DNA of 64,000 nt, from assembly GCF_009914755.1 (NCBI RefSeq), contig NC_060930.1; one strand, given 5' to 3'. Under the pieces are notes generated by a model that saw nothing but the letters and a program-made list of their open reading frames with translations, was not told where the DNA came from and did no database searches. A program made the translations under genes and the position numbers. This document shows, in pieces, positions 1 to 15,800 of the stretch. Every line of letters begins with the position of its first letter. The first letter of the stretch is position 1. Source of the stretch: the human T2T-CHM13v2.0 reference genome, Homo sapiens.

Positions 1-394
1 TATTAATTTTATCCCTGCTACTAATAGCTCCTATTTATAGAGTTCTAGATTACAAAACCATGATCAGATGTAATTTTAATAACTACTTCCTTTTTTGTAC
101 TTGAAGAATTTGATGCCCACAAAGAAGGTGAAATAATGTATTCAAGGTCATACTATTATCTAGGTCCAGAACATGCTGGAACACAGGGATCCCCGAAGTT
201 TTTATCTAACACGACATCACTATGCCCGCCAGATTCTTCTCAATTACATATCCATTCAGCAGATTTGACCTGTAGCATTACAGGTGAAGTAAGGTTGAGA
301 AATTGATTCAAGTGAGTAATATGTAGCCCTGCACAAAGGGAGTTCCAAGTACCATGGGGTGAAAAACACCCAGATGTGAGTCACACAAAGCAGA

Positions 395-600
395 ATTCAA
401 AGTCCAGATTTCTTTCCTTAACTGACTCAGTCACTTGCTATGATATTTTCATCAAGGGACTTAAATTCTGTGAACATGAGTTTCCCAAAAAGTAAAATTA
501 AAAAAAAATCTATCCTACAGAATTATTTTAAGGATAATACAAATACAGGTTAAATGCTTTGCTCAAGTGGATAGTACATGTGAATTTGGGCTCATATTAT
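395..600 (+). mobile_element. MIR SINE relic
   Basis: Degenerate MIR core (cacttgct...caagggacttaaattctgtgaacatgagtttccc...gtaaaatt...tatcctacagaattattttaaggataa). Confidence 0.5.
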
Positions 601-1847
601 TAGTAAATAGATTACCATAACATCAGGTAAAAGAAATGAGAAGCACTAAAAAATGTACTCAATGCTACAGATACTTGATATACAAATATGAATATTATAG
701 AAGTATTTATACTGTGTATGTTCCCCTGCTTAAAAATATAGACTTTCAGACTCAGAAGACATTAAAATTAAATCTAGACACCTTTTGCTGCCATCTCACC
801 ATTACTACTCTGAGGCTTAAGTTCTTTTACTCATGACTTACATTTTTTAGAGCCCTAATAATACTTTTCAATAATAACTTCATTTATTTATCCCACAGAT
901 GAAGCAATGAGCAAATTGTGAAATAAATCATCTTTACCTGCAGGGAGTACATTCCAAGTTACTACACAACTTCCACTCTATCAATTAATATACATCACCT
1001 CCATTTGCTTGAACACCTTGAAAAATAACACCATGAATACAAGGATCTATCTTGTGTGCACTGGAAATGCTAATAACATCAATGTTTTCACTCTTATATG
1101 CATCCAATATAATTATCCAATACAATATTTATAACTTCAAATTTTCCATTTTGAGGAAGCATGTATGAGATTAAGATTTTTCTACATCAATTTCTCTTCA
1201 AGAACAAACTAATATAGAGAAAAATATATAACAATACATGGGAAACTTTTTGTTCCAGTGTCTTTGAGATTTTATTTTGTTTTGTAAATCATCCACTCAT
1301 AGTTTGTGGAAGATTTAACACTTGATGTAGTGATGTTCTTTATCTCTTGATTGATTTTCTTGCTTTAATATGTTTCTAGCAATATTTTAATAACTATAGA
1401 ATCACCTTCTTTTAAAGTTTTATTTCTTGTTGAAAATTATTCCTGATAACAAACTTTACATTTGAGGGATCACCATTAGGTTGTAGAAGAACTATTATGA
1501 AATTAGGAAACTATTATTGGAAAATTATAATTAGGAAATTATAACTATAAAGTTAGTAACAAATCCTAAGGAGCAGATGTACTTAATATATGACTTTATG
1601 TTAAGTTAAAAATTAATTTGTAATTAAAATGAAATTGGATGAGGAGGAGTATTTAGAAATCATGACTTACATTAATGAAACATTCTGGATTGCATTTGTA
1701 TTACTCTCAGAATGTGTTGAGTGTATTAAATAACATTATACTCAATATTACAAATGATGTTTGGGAAAGAAGACATATGGAGAGAAGGCCGATGACTTTC
1801 CTACCATTCATTAGGTGTTTGTTATTAGCCATTACTTATTAGCTATT

Positions 1848-1883
1848 ACACACACACGCGCACACACACACACACACACACAC
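1848..1883. repeat. (CA)n microsatellite with gcg interruption
   Basis: Directly visible. Confidence 0.95.
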
Positions 1884-2924
1884 TTCAGTTCAAAAGTAGA
1901 GGTGGTAGTGCTGGTAGGGGTGGTGGGTGTGTTGTTAGCTCAATTCTGCCTCCTCAAATCAGATGAAAAAAATTGGACGTGGTTACAAAATAATTTTGTA
2001 GAAGTGTAATTCCATCTAAAGAGGAAAGTGTGGCATTAAAGTAATCTGAACTCATAGTAATTCATACAGTCAATGATAAGTGCCTAGTACAATTTTCTGT
2101 GGTGCAAATGAAATCACTTGGACCCATGTGGTTCTCAGATTCTTCTTTTACCTTAAATCACTAATAGAAAATTGATCATATAGTGGTTATAATATATAGC
2201 CATCAATCTAGCATTTTCAGTCTTCCAAAAATAGCAACTATATTTCACATGCACTGGAGATCTCTTTCTGCTGAGATAGTAAAACCATTCCTGTCATTAT
2301 TAAGCATCTTCTAAGCTCTGGGAAAATTTAGAAATAAAAATAGACTAGGGTGTCAATCAAAATTATTGGATTAATATTTTTTGAAAAGTCTAGCAAAATA
2401 CTAGTTCATTTTGGGCTTTTTGTCTTGTGCAAAATAAAATGTCCTCACTTATAAAGTGAAGAACATAGTTGAGCTAGTCCAGGTCAAGTGTTTAATTATG
2501 TAGCTCAAATGTCATGTATCCTGTTCACGATAGGAAATGATGAGTTGCATAGTGAATATAATTATCACTGTCTTTCTAACCTTATGAATTTGTGACCATA
2601 TAACAAAATCATAAATGACAAAATACTTTATTACTTTATACAAGAATGGCACTATGATTTTGTTCTATCGCCTTTCTCAAATTCTTTGTGTGATTAAATA
2701 CTTCCTAGAGGGTACCATTCACGCAGCACTGATACAGGTTCATGAAAAAGAAAAATAAGACTAAAAGGTCTAGTTCTCCACACACATTTTTTTTAGTGGT
2801 GTTACTTCTCTCGTAACATTCAAGAAACTTATACATTTATTCCTTTCTAAAAATCTAAAAATCTTACAATAAGAAGTTATCATCAGCTCAAGCACTCAGG
2901 CAATATTGTGAGAGAAAATAAATG

Positions 2925-3090
2925 TGCATATATATATATATACTTATGTGGAATACAGTATACTTATACTGTGTGTGTGTGTATATATATATACACACAC
3001 ACGTACATACACTTATGCTGTATATATTTATACAGTAATCCAAGTATAGAATTGCGAGTATATATATGTTTAAAATATATAGGCATATAT
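2925..3090. repeat. TA/TG-rich low-complexity repeat
   Basis: Runs of tatata, tgtgtg and acacac. Confidence 0.8.
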
Positions 3091-3519
3091 GTGCATTTAT
3101 AATATGTGAATATACACTTTCATACCACTATCTCTTAAGCTACCAATCATGTTTTATACTTGGTTTGCTGTGTGTATATATATAATTTAAATTGCAGATT
3201 ACACCATATAATGAGATAATTGTAGGTACTTTATTCCTAGCTTGATTTAAAAATGTAGCTTCTTAAATATTGATGACAAAATGTACTACGAATTTTATTT
3301 TAATTGTTTCTTTTTTTTTCAGTCAAAGTGATCTTTCCAACTGAAATATTCTAATTGGAAAATCTGGAATCTTACTGTAGTGTTTTGAAAGGAGAGGCTT
3401 AAAATTGAAAGAGATATGCATTTATAATATATGAATATACACTTTCATGCTACTGTCTCGTAAACTATCAATGATGTTTTATTCATGAGGCATAGAGGAA
3501 AAATGCAGTAAGGCAAATG

Positions 3520-3605
3520 AAAGAAAGAGAGAAAGAAAAAGAAACAAAGAACAACAGAAAGAAAGAAAAAGAAAGAAAGAAAAGAAAGGAAGGAAGGAAG
3601 GAAAC
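3520..3605. repeat. (GAAA)n/(GGAA)n purine-rich simple repeat
   Basis: Directly visible. Confidence 0.9.
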
Positions 3606-3896
3606 AAAACTCTGTAAGAAGTTACAAGAAAGTAAATATTAACTGGCTATGCATCCATCATAAAGAAGTCCACAAATGCATTGAAACCTCCTCAGAAGGA
3701 GAATAAAAAGATAAATAAAAGAATAAAAGACTAGCAGACTGAAAGCAGGCAACAGGTAACACCTTTGCAAAAATAGCATATATGATGGTCACAAACAAGC
3801 AATATATTTATTTTAAAATTTTAATTTAAATTTTGAATAGGTAAGGCATTTTTATGATTCAAAATGAAAACTATGTAGAAGACATATACAAAAGCC

Positions 3897-3945
3897 TTTC
3901 TTTCTTTCTCTCTCTTTCTTTCTTTCTTCTTTTTTTCTTCCTTTC
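3897..3945. repeat. (TTTC)n pyrimidine-rich simple repeat
   Basis: Directly visible. Confidence 0.85.
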
Positions 3946-5837
3946 ATGTGAAGATACTTGGATTTAGATAGCTGCCAACATTATTATGGTACAAGAACAT
4001 TAAACTTAAGAATATATTCTTGATTACATAACTACCCTTGAACACAGTGTCTGACATATAGTTTTTGCTTAATAAATGTTAAACTGTTATCTTAATCTAA
4101 ATAATTTTGTAATTGTCGTTACCTCTATTAAAAAGGAAAAGAAAGGAAAAAAAACTATCATTGACTCTTCTTACTTAAAAAAAAGAAGCCCAGTTTTTGC
4201 TATTATATTTTAGGACCCACAGAATATCATCCAAATTGTCTATACAATCTTATACTCATGTTCTCTTCACAAATCTACTGCACTTAAAATGGTCAATCTA
4301 TTTTGCTTTGAATGTGAGATATTTTTTGCTACCTCTTAATTTCTTCTCAAAACCCCACCTTTTCTAGAAAAGTCTTTCTCCAGTATTTGTATAAGTTCTA
4401 CCATTTTGTTATGTTCATATTAGGTTTCAGTTAATCTTGAAGTTGTCTCCAACTTTCACATCCTTTAGTACTTTTTCCATTTCATAATTTTAGCAGAACT
4501 TAATGCTTAGGTTTCCCATATGAAACTTAGTCTATATTGACAGTATTTTCTAATTCTCATAGATCCTACGCTGCCAAACCAAAGCATCAATGAACACATT
4601 GTGACAGCTCTCAACACATTAATGACTACCCAGAACTAAATAACATTCTTTAAAGGCACCTCATTTTTGCATCATTTTCGAAGTCAGTATAGTCTGGAAG
4701 ATAATTAGTGACAATTTGAGTACTCTTCTATTCCAATTTACAGCTATTTGAATTTAACATAAGGAAGAAAATATTTTCAATATGGATTTGGATTCAAATT
4801 ATGAATTTTGCCATGTTAGTATCTTTGTAGAAATTTTTTAAGAGGGTGGATTATCTAATTTAAATATTCTATATATTCATAACCAAGAAAATTCATTTTC
4901 AAACACATTCATAATGATAGATTTTATTCAGTATTTTGACACTCATGCATTTAAAATTCCTTAGAGACTGAATACTCATACCATGTCAGGCAAATGCTAA
5001 GAAAATACCACTTATCTAAAAAAAATACACAATGAAAAACACAAAAATTATGGGATTTAGCAGAAATGTTAGAAAGACATTACAATAGCTTTATTTTTGT
5101 TGCAGGGGCTTTTAGCTCTTAAAGAACCAGAAATGTGAAGACACAGAGCCAAAAAATTCAGAAATAGAATAAGCATTCTATATAATTCTTGTTATTTAAA
5201 CTGAACATGCCCTTAACTTGCCATTACAAAACAGTAAGTATAATTTTAATTGTATTGAACTTTTCCACACCCCTAAATTTTAGAAAAACATATTATCCAA
5301 TCTGATTCTGATGAAGGCAAAATCTCATTGGAGATAAAAAATACTATTCATCCTTGTTTTGTCATTAACAATGCTTCAGGGGTAATGGATTGAGTTTATA
5401 TTAAGGAATGGATTCTTCCTATTATGGACCTCTTCATCAGCCAAGTATGGTGAGAACAAAGGAATTATCTGCTACTTTAAGAATTTCATTAAGCCAACGT
5501 TTGATATGCATATTGTGCCTGAAAGCTGGGATTGCTGTCCTATAAGTGGAGTCCCACTGAGTCCAATGGGGCTTCGAGATCCTATATGTCATACCAACAG
5601 GAAAAATTCCATGACTCTTTATTGGAAATATGGTGTCTTATATGGTAATTATTCCCATATACTAAATTTAATGTGCTATCAAATAAAATTTTATTTTCTT
5701 CATTACTGACCAGAGTGTAGCCACCTTGCTTCTATGATGTACCCTTACAGGTGGTATAGTAAATGGTGGATATGCCCTTTTATACAGTTTTATACCTCCC
5801 AGAAGCAATTAATTTTCGTTGATACAATAACATTTAA

Positions 5838-6185
<348 letters not shown>

Positions 6186-6279
6186 TAGATTAATATTTAA
6201 TAGCATTTTCACCATTGAGTAATAGACCTGGTTATGAATTTTGGATATCTTACTCAACTATTGTCTGCTATTCAGCCAA

Positions 6280-6420
6280 TTTTCTTGGGTAATTTGAATT
6301 TCAGTTTTTATATGAACAAAATGCAGGTAATAACATGTATCTTAGAGGATATTTCAAGTAGTTATATGAAATAATATATGTAAAATGCATAGCACCATGC
6401 ATAATACATAATAAATACTA
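6280..6420 (+). mobile_element. MIR relic
   Basis: tcagtttt...aaaatgcaggtaataaca...aataatatatgtaaaatgcatagcac resembles the MIR core and 3' part. Confidence 0.55.
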
Positions 6421-6524
6421 GATCAAATCATCTGTTCATTATCTATTCATTCAACAAATGTTTATCAAACACATATAATATTCCAGCACTTCATTAGACA
6501 TTGGCGATCTAGTCATCAGAAAAG

Positions 6525-6915
6525 GTTATGCAATCATATCCAACCATCTCAAAACATTAAGGGAACATAAAAAAAAGGATTTATTTTAGCTCATGCTACT
6601 TGCGTGACAATATGCATTATTGTTGCCTGGGGCCCCTGGTCCTCACTGAAGTCACTCTGGAAACCAGAGAGTAACCATTCCATATAATGTTATTAATTTT
6701 TACAGGGGAAAAGAGAACCAAGAGTAGTGCATTCAGACCCATAACATTCCTATCTGGAAGTCAACCATGTCATTTAAGTTTACCTTTTATTGGCAAAGCA
6801 AGTGACAAGGGGACATCAGCTTTCTATCTGAATGAAGAAAAGTAGTCGTCTTACAACTTGTCCAGTAGAAGGAGAATAGGAATACTTTTAAATGGGCCTA
6901 ACCACTAACCACAAG
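6525..6915. mobile_element. Old MaLR LTR (MLT1-type), apparently interrupting an L2 relic
   Basis: atttattttagctcatg and ttattggcaaagcaagtgacaagg resemble MLT1K/L; L2-like cattcaacaaatgtttat just upstream (~6447). Confidence 0.45.
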
Positions 6916-7089
6916 AATGAACAGAATAGTACAAGATCCTTAACTTCATTAAGTTCCTATTTTGGAGAGGAGAGATGATAAATAAGAGAAAAATATAAAT
7001 TACATTAAATGATAATAGTATATTTTAAGGAAAAAGTGTATGTTACTTTCATTAAGGAAAAAATAAGTTTTAAACAACCATCCCTCGCA

Positions 7090-8090
7090 TTAGAATAAGT
7101 GGAAAACATATAGACAAAATATGTGCATCTGCTAATTGTGAACATGAAAATTGAGCAGCTAAGAAATGAACAAAGATTTTGATAGATTCATGAATTGGGG
7201 GATACAATTAGAACTTAGGCCACTCCATGTGGAAAGAGCTCTGGTAAATAGCCAGGCCTTCAATTGAAACATCAAAAAACTACTATCTGGAATTAAAATT
7301 TACAGAAATTATATCAGCCCTCACAATCGGTGTTATCTGGTTTTGGATCATTGAGATCACTGGTCCATTTAAATTGTCATGGTGTTGATAAATACATAAC
7401 TGCCTTCCAGAAGCAAAATTCATCTCTGGAAGAAGACAAATCTTCCAAAGTTTCAGATTATCTCCCCCAATTTTTCTATCTAAGCAGACAAAATAAGCAG
7501 ATATGTGAAAAATAAGTCATATCTGAACGAAAAAATTTTCAAAAGACAATCTATACAGCCAATAGGTGATATAGACACTTTACCAGAATATGGATTTGAA
7601 GCTTTATTTGTTCAAGGAATCAAAATGCAAGGCTGGTAATTTTAGCAGAGACTGGGAACTAAAAATATTCAAAATAGAAATATAAAACACTGAAATTAAT
7701 AACTCAGTAAATAGATTTAAAAGCAGATTTGCTGTGTGAGAAGACAATTATTGAACTGGAAAGTTAGGCTACAAGAAAAAATAAATACAGGCTGAAGCAG
7801 AGAGAGAAAAAGACATGGAAAATATGAACAACAAAAAGGTAAGAGATAGATGTGATGAAGTGGTAGGTTCTAATATAAATTCAACTGAAACCCAGAATGA
7901 CAGGAGAAATGAAATAGGTGAAACAATATTTGAAAAGATTATAGCTGATAATTTTTCAAAGCCCATTAAAGATTTTGGACCAAAGATTCAGAGGTTCTAT
8001 GAACACAAAATGAGACTGATGCAAAGGAAAATACACTTACACATTTAGGTACATCACACTAAAAGTGCATAATTAAAAAAAAAAAGTAAG
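7090..8090 (+). mobile_element. Ancient L1M (L1ME-like) 5'/ORF1 fragment
   Basis: ORF 7815-8048 contains ETIFEKIIADNFSK, like the L1 ORF1 motif IFEEIMAENFP; A-rich sense strand. Confidence 0.7.
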
Positions 8091-8933
8091 TGAGAGAGAT
8101 TTTTTAAAATGTAAACCAAAGCAACACATGCCTCTGGTTGAGTCAGAAAACTTTTCTTGCTAGTGAATTATTTTTTTTCTTTAATTCTCTATGTATTTAT
8201 TCATTCATTTAAAATTCTGAGCTCTAAATGAGGTCTCAGTTTCAAGTTTCAGTCTCATGTGGGTGGGTCTAAGCCTTCCTTCTTTTCAGTATGTCAGCAA
8301 TAAATTCAACCCCCTTAACTTAATACAGTCTAAAAATTACCCCACAGAAAAGTCACAGATTTATATTCTTCTCTTTTCTCTTCATAACCCTCATGATTTC
8401 ACTCAACTTCTTATAACGTCAGACATGTATGAAAGGATACTTGTTATATTTTATCTAGTATGGCTGGATATTTTATGAAGGGGGATTTTCCAATTATTTA
8501 CGTAGACATAGTGCTAGAAACAAAAGTTTTTGTGTTTTTTTACTTTAAAAATTTTTGAAGATTGGTGCACAGGGTATAAAACACTAAATTGCACTTTTGA
8601 GACTTTGAAGAAGTAATTTTATTGTCTTCTGCTTTCTATTATTTCTCCAGTGAAGTGAATTGAGTCTGGTATCTTTTCCTTTATCACATCTGATATCTTT
8701 TCTTTATAATATTATTTTATATAATTCCTCATTTTTTGCTTCTCTAGAATGAATAGTCTTTATCTTTTTCAATTGTTTCCAACTATTAAGACATCTGCAT
8801 GATTTTCCTTAAATAGTTTTCAAAATATTTATTTGTATTGTTCTTGTAGAATCAAGAATATAATATGTTGCCTAATAGAGTATATAATTAAGTTAATATG
8901 AAGAAAGTGCTTGATTTTTTTTTTCACTGACTA

Positions 8934-9341
8934 TGACTAAGGTCAAAAATAAAATCAGATCAAGTTAGAAAAAATTAAAAGTTTATTGTCATACACAAAG
9001 TACAAATTGCAATTGGGAAGACTTTAACTCACGTGATAAGAAGCTCACCTTACAAGAGTTACAGCACAGTTTACAAAGCATAAAGAAGGAAGATTTTGAC
9101 TTTTATTGCGATTGGCTGTTATACATTAGCCTTTTTTCAAAGATAAGCAGAGCTATTTAAGATGATTTGTCTAGAGTTTAATGTCACTGAGTTATGCTGC
9201 AAGAATGTAAAATATGTTTTGGGTTTATGATTAAATATAGCATTTCAGGGAAATCAGTATCTCTTAAATTTTGATCACATGGTTGTGGGCAGTTGACCTT
9301 GGAGTATATCTAATCCGTGGACTTCATTTTTATCTTTAATA
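8934..9341 (-). mobile_element. Probable old ERV1 (MER4-group-like) solo LTR, subfamily unassigned
   Basis: ~400 bp block with minus-strand AATAAA (tttatt ~8982) and CCAAT (attgg ~9111) in LTR order; assignment by general resemblance only. Confidence 0.4.
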
Positions 9342-9634
9342 CTAGTTACAGGATAAGTGGAAGAAAATTATACATAAGAGGTATCTTTGAATGTCCTCTA
9401 CCTTTAAGCTCAGGAGGAATGAATGATTTAGTATGTGCTCAAGTAATTAGTTTATATAATTAGAGAATGAGGAGGATAGGGAAGACAAACTGCCTACACC
9501 CTCACTTGCAAAAAGTGTGAATACAAGTACAATGTCCAGGGGAAGATGAACAGAGGCAGTGTTGGTATGTAGTAGTAGTAGGATAGAAGTTTCCTGTGTA
9601 TGTTGGGCCTCAGTTGTGGAATACAAAATTCTGA

Positions 9635-9880
9635 GCCAATTCAGTGTTTAAGAATATAAATTTGGAACAGAATTTTTTACTGCCATTTTATAAATATGAA
9701 ACTGTGAACAAGTTATTTATTCTCTCTGAATTTCAATGTGTCATCTGTAAAATAGAGATATGAATAGTACCTAGCTCATAGTGTTGCTTGAGAATTAAAT
9801 AAGATAGTATATATAGGTGCTTAGCACAGTGCCAGACTCATGGTAGGTACTTAAATACTGGCTAAGTGTTATTATTGTTA
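9635..9880 (+). mobile_element. MIR SINE
   Basis: ctgtgaacaagttattt...tctctgaatttcaatgtgtcatctgtaaaatagagata...gtgcttagcacagtgcc. Confidence 0.85.
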
Positions 9881-12397
9881 TTTTAGGGCAGTGTGTTTTA
9901 AGGTAGCTCTCAAGTTTGTCCTGAGATTATGAAAATGAAAATTTTGTACGCTATAATGATCAAGCATAATATTTTTATTATAAAATAATGTAATAGTCCT
10001 TGTGCAACTAATCTTATAATCTATTATCTCACTTCTTTTACTGAGACAGTAAAAAGATGGAGACTTTGCATTATACATTTTATTATTTTATTTTCCAAAA
10101 CCTCTGCATAAATCTAATTTAAACTAATCTAAGCAAATAAGCAAAGGAAAAGTAATTTACATTCTATTTGTAAGTGCAATCTTACCAATGATGTCTATTT
10201 TTTAAACCACTACAGTAATAAGCAAGCATATGAAACATTGAAATATATTAGTACATATTTACAGTTTTAAAAAGGTACTTTATAAATGTCTTAAGCCATT
10301 TGTACAAAACAGGATGACCAATAGTTAGAGGAAAATCATGAATATCTAGAGACTACTGGGGTGAGTTGGTGTACCTCGCCTTTAATTTATTTTTATAACT
10401 GGGTTCTAAACACTTCTGTCATTCCTATTATGTCAATTCAGTGCAACTGGCATGATTATTGTTCAGGCACAGATTAAGGCAATAAAAACATGCTGGGACC
10501 AGCCTAATAGCAATATACTAATTGCTTATTCTTTTCAAGTTGCAAGGATGTTCGCTAAAACAGAATTTTTGTTATGTGGTGGCTTAGACCTTTTTCTTAA
10601 TATATAAAAACAAGAGTTGTTACTGACAGTCAAGAACATGCACCGTTCAAATAATTGTTTAAAGCATTTGCTAATCAAGTACTAATTTATCTCAGCCTAT
10701 GTTAAAGTGGAGTGACATATGGAAAACAATGATGATAATTTTCCTGAATAACTTAGAATCTGACTGGGGAAACTACACTTGCCTTGAGTAAAACAATGAC
10801 AAAAATAGTACACCAACCAAAGAACAAATAATATCTCAAATAATCTGTGTATCACAAATGAATGTATTTCCACATGGTCAGCACAAAAGAATTAGAGAAT
10901 ATAATGTACTTGATAGGATTGGTCCCCAAAAATTCATGAAAGTTAAATTATGAACAGGGGAACATTAAATAATTATAAGCCATAAGATAACACTATAGGC
11001 CTATTAGAAGGTCTAAATTTTAGATTAGTGGGAGAGGGGAGCAAGATGATGAAATAGAATGCTCCACCTATCATCACCCCTCTTCTCCAACAAGGACACC
11101 AATTTAACTACTGTCTACATAGAAAAAGGAAACCTTCATATGGACCAAAAATCAGGTGAGCCCTCGTTGTACCTGGTTTTAAGTCTATCACTGAAAGAGA
11201 CACTGAAGACATAGAAAAAACAGTCCCGAATCGCCAATACTACCCTTACCCCATCCCCCAGCAGTGGTGGCATGGTGTAGAGAGTGTATCTGGGTGCTGA
11301 GGGGAGGGAGGGAGAGCACAACAATTGTGAGGCACTGAACTCAGTGCTGTTCTGTTACAGCAGAAAGGCAAACTGGTCCAGACTCATCTGATACCCGCCC
11401 ACAATGGGAGCATTTAAACCAGCCCTAGCCTTAGGGGAACCACTAATCCCAGTGATCTGAACTTGAGTTCCCACAAACCTTGGCAGTGTAGGCTAAGTGC
11501 TCTGTGCTCTATATAAACTTGAAATGCAGTCTAGGCCAAAAGGACTCCAATTTTTAGGTGAGTCCTATTGCTGAACTAGGCCCAGAGACAGTGGCTGGGG
11601 GAGCAGGTGACCTACTGAGACACCAGCTGGGGTGGCTAAGGGAGTGCTGGCATCACCTCTCCCCTAACCCCAGGCTGCATGAAGCCCCAAAGGAGACCCT
11701 TTCCTTCTGCTTGGGGAGAGAAGAGGGAAAAATGGGGAGGACTTTGTTTTGCATCTTGGATACCAGCTCAGCCACAACAGGATAGGGTACTGGTCAGAGT
11801 TGTGAGGCCCCTGTTCCAGACCCTAGCTCCGAAATGACATTTCTAGACATGCCCTAGACAAAAAAGGGAACCCACTGCCCCATAGAAAAAGATCCAGTTC
11901 TAGCATCATTCATCACCTGCTAACTGAAGACTGCTTGAGCCCAGAATAACCAGCGGTGATAACCAGGTACTACGTGGAGTTACTAGCCACACAGCTGGAA
12001 ATGTTCTGAGTCTCACCTGAAGCCAGCAACTTTTAGAGGGTGAGAAACAGTGCTACAGGGAGAAATTCTTGCTTGAGAAAAGAAGTGGAAAAGTAAAGAG
12101 GACTTTATCTTGTACATTAAGTACCAGCACGGCCATAGGGTGGGTAGAACACAAAGTGAGCTCTTAGGATCCCTGATTCTAGGACTTGACTTTTGGAAAG
12201 CATTTCTGGACTTGCCCTGCAAGACAGGAGACCACTGTCCTGAAGGATAAGTCCCAGTCCAGGCAGCATTCACCACAAGCTGACTCAAGTGTCCTTGGGC
12301 CTTAAGAGAAAATTGGCAATAGTCAGGCAGTATTCCCCATGGCCTGGGGGTGGTGGCTACAAGGTGAGGTTCCTCTGCTTTTAGAAAGGGGACAGAA

Positions 12398-12805
<408 letters not shown>

Positions 12806-15800
12806 CTACTTCCTGAATGGCACCTCTGGACCCACTTAGGGCCTATGGGAAATTGCCACCCTGAAGAGAAGAACACTGGTCTGACTGGCGTTGCAACCTG
12901 CTGATCGCAGAGCCCCAGGCCCCTGAGCAAATATAGGCAGTGGGCAAGGAGTGGTTACAGCAGGCCTTGAGTGCGAAACATTGCTGTGCTGGCTTCAGTC
13001 TGACCCCGGACAGTCACAGTGGTGGTGGCCACAGGGGTGTTTGTGTCACTCCACCCTGAGTTTGTGGCTCAGAACAGAGAGAGATAGAGAGAGAGAGACT
13101 TTGTCTGGTAGAAAGTAAAGGAAGAGAACAAGAATCTCTGCATGGTAATCCGAGAATTCTCCTGGATCTTCTCCAAGACCATCAAGGCAATACCACTATG
13201 AGTCTGCAAGAACCACAGCATTACTGAATTTGATGTGTCCCCTAAAGCATATACAGTTTCGATCACAACACCTAATTCCTTTCAAATATCTGGAAAGCCT
13301 TCCCAAGAAGGACAAGTACAAACAAACCCAGACAGTAAAGACTACAATAAATACCTAACTCTTCGATGTCCAGACACTGAAGAACATCTGCTAGCATCAA
13401 CACCTTCCAGGAAAGCATTACCTTACCAAATGTAATAAACAAGGTACCAGGGACCAGTCCTGGAGAAATAGAGATATGTGACTTTTCATATAGAGAATTC
13501 AAAATAGATATGTTGAGGAAACTCAAAGAAATTCAAGATGACACATAGAAATTTAGAATTCTATCAGATAAGTTTAACAAAGAGATTGAAATTATTAAAA
13601 GGAATCAAACAGAAATTCTGGACCTAAAATAATTGGCATGCTAAAGATTGCATGAGTCTTTTAATAGCAGAATTGATTAAGCAGAAGAAAGAATCAGTGA
13701 CCTTGAAGACAGGCTATTTGAAAATACACAATCAGAAGAGACAAAAGAAAAAGGAATAAAAAACAATAAAGCCCACCTGTAGTATCCAGAAAATTGCCTC
13801 AAAAGTGCAAATATGAATTACTGGCCTTAAACAGGAGGTATAAAAAGATATAGGAATAGAAAATTTATTCAAAGGGATAATAACAGAGAACTTCCCAAAC
13901 CTAGATAAAGATATCAATATCCAAGTACAAGAAAGTAATAGAATACCAAGCAGATTTAACTGAAGGAAGACTACCTCAAGGCATTTAGTAAACAGGCTAT
14001 CAAAGATTGAGGACAAAGAAAAGATCCAAAAAGCAACAAGAGAAAAGAAACAAATAACATACAATGCAGCTCCAATAAGTCTGGCAGCAGACTTCAGTGG
14101 AAAACCTTACAGGCCAGGAGATAGTGGCATGCCATATTTAAAATGCTGAAGGAAAAGAAATTTTACCCTAAAAGAGTATATCTTGGAAAATATATTTTAA
14201 AAATGAAGGAGAAATAGACTTTCCTAGAAAAACAAAAACTGAGGAATTTTATCAATACCAGACTAGTCCTACAAGAAATACTAAAGGGAGTACTTCAACC
14301 AGGAAGAAATGGATGTTAACAAGGAATAAGTAAGCTCCTGAAGGCAAAAAACTCACTGGTAATAATCAATATACAGAAAAACACAGAATAATATAACCTT
14401 GTAACCGTGATGTGTAGACTACTCTTATTAAGAAGGAACACTAAACGATAAACCAATAAAAAGTAATTACAACAATTTTTCAAGTCATAGTACAATAAGG
14501 CATAAAGAGAAACAAGAAAAAGTTAAAAGGTGCGGGAAGAAGTTGAGGTGTAGAGTTTTTATTAGTTTGATTTCTGCATGTTTGTTTATGCAAATAGTGT
14601 TAAGTAGTTATTAGTTTAAAACAATGGGCTACAAGAGAGTATTTGCAAGTCTCATAGTAACATCAAACCAAAAAACATACAATGGATACACAAAAAATAA
14701 AAAGCTGGAAACTAAATCATATCACCAGAGAAAAACACCTTCACTAAAGGCAGACAAAAAAAAAAGAAAGAAGGAAGATCACAAAAGAACTGGAAAACAA
14801 ATGTTAAAATAGCATGAGAATGTCTTATCAATAATGACACTGAATGTAAATGGACTAAGTTTCTCAATTGAAAGACAGGAGTGGCAGAATGGATAAAAAA
14901 ATGAGATCCATTGATCTGTTGCCTATAAGAAACACACTTCACATATCAAAACACAAATAAACTGAAAGTAAAGTGATGGGGAAAGATATTCCACGCCAAT
15001 GGAAACCAACAAAGAGTAGGATTAACTACACTTATATCAGATAAAATAGATTTCAAGACAAAAGCTATAAGAAGAGACAAAGAAGGTCACTATATAATGA
15101 TAAAGGGGTCAATTCAGCAAGAGAATACAACAATTTTAAATATATATGCACTCAACACAGGACCACTCATATATATATACATAAAGCAAATTATTAGAGC
15201 TAAAGAGAGAGACGGACCAAATATAATAATAGCTGAGGACTTCAGCACCCCACTTTCAGCATTAGACTGATTTTCTAGATAGAGAATCAACAAAGAAACA
15301 TCACAGTTAATCTGCACTACAGACCAAATGGATATAATCAATATTTACAGAACAGTTCATCCAATGGCTGCAGAACACACATTCTTCCCCTCAGCTTATG
15401 GGTCATTCTCAAGGGATAGACCATATGTTAGGTCACAAAACAAGACTTAACACATTCAAAAAATTGAAATAATATCAAGCATCTTCTCAGAACACAGTAG
15501 AATAAAACTAAAAATTAATAACAAGAGAAAATTTGGAAACTATAAAAATACATGTAAATTGAGCAATGTGCTCCTGAATGGAGAGTAGGTCAATGAACAA
15601 ATTAAGAAGGAAATTGAAAAATTTGAAAACTTTCTTGAAACAAATGATAATGAAAACATAACACACTAAAACCTATTGAATACATCAAAACCAGTACTAA
15701 CAGGAAAGTTTATAGCTTTAAACGCCTACATCAAAAAAGAGGAAAAACTTCAAATAAACAATCTAACAATGCATCTTAAAAAACTAGAAAAGCAAGAGCA

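Noticed and set aside
930-1030. Possible minus-strand exon (tttttcaag ... cag|gtaaag)
   Set aside because: Weak AAG acceptor, short pyrimidine tract and no partner exons; such signals are frequent by chance
3300-3330. Strong-looking splice acceptors here and near 28520, 36920 and 50180
   Set aside because: T-tract plus AG is common in AT-rich DNA and no convincing exon with ORF and donor follows
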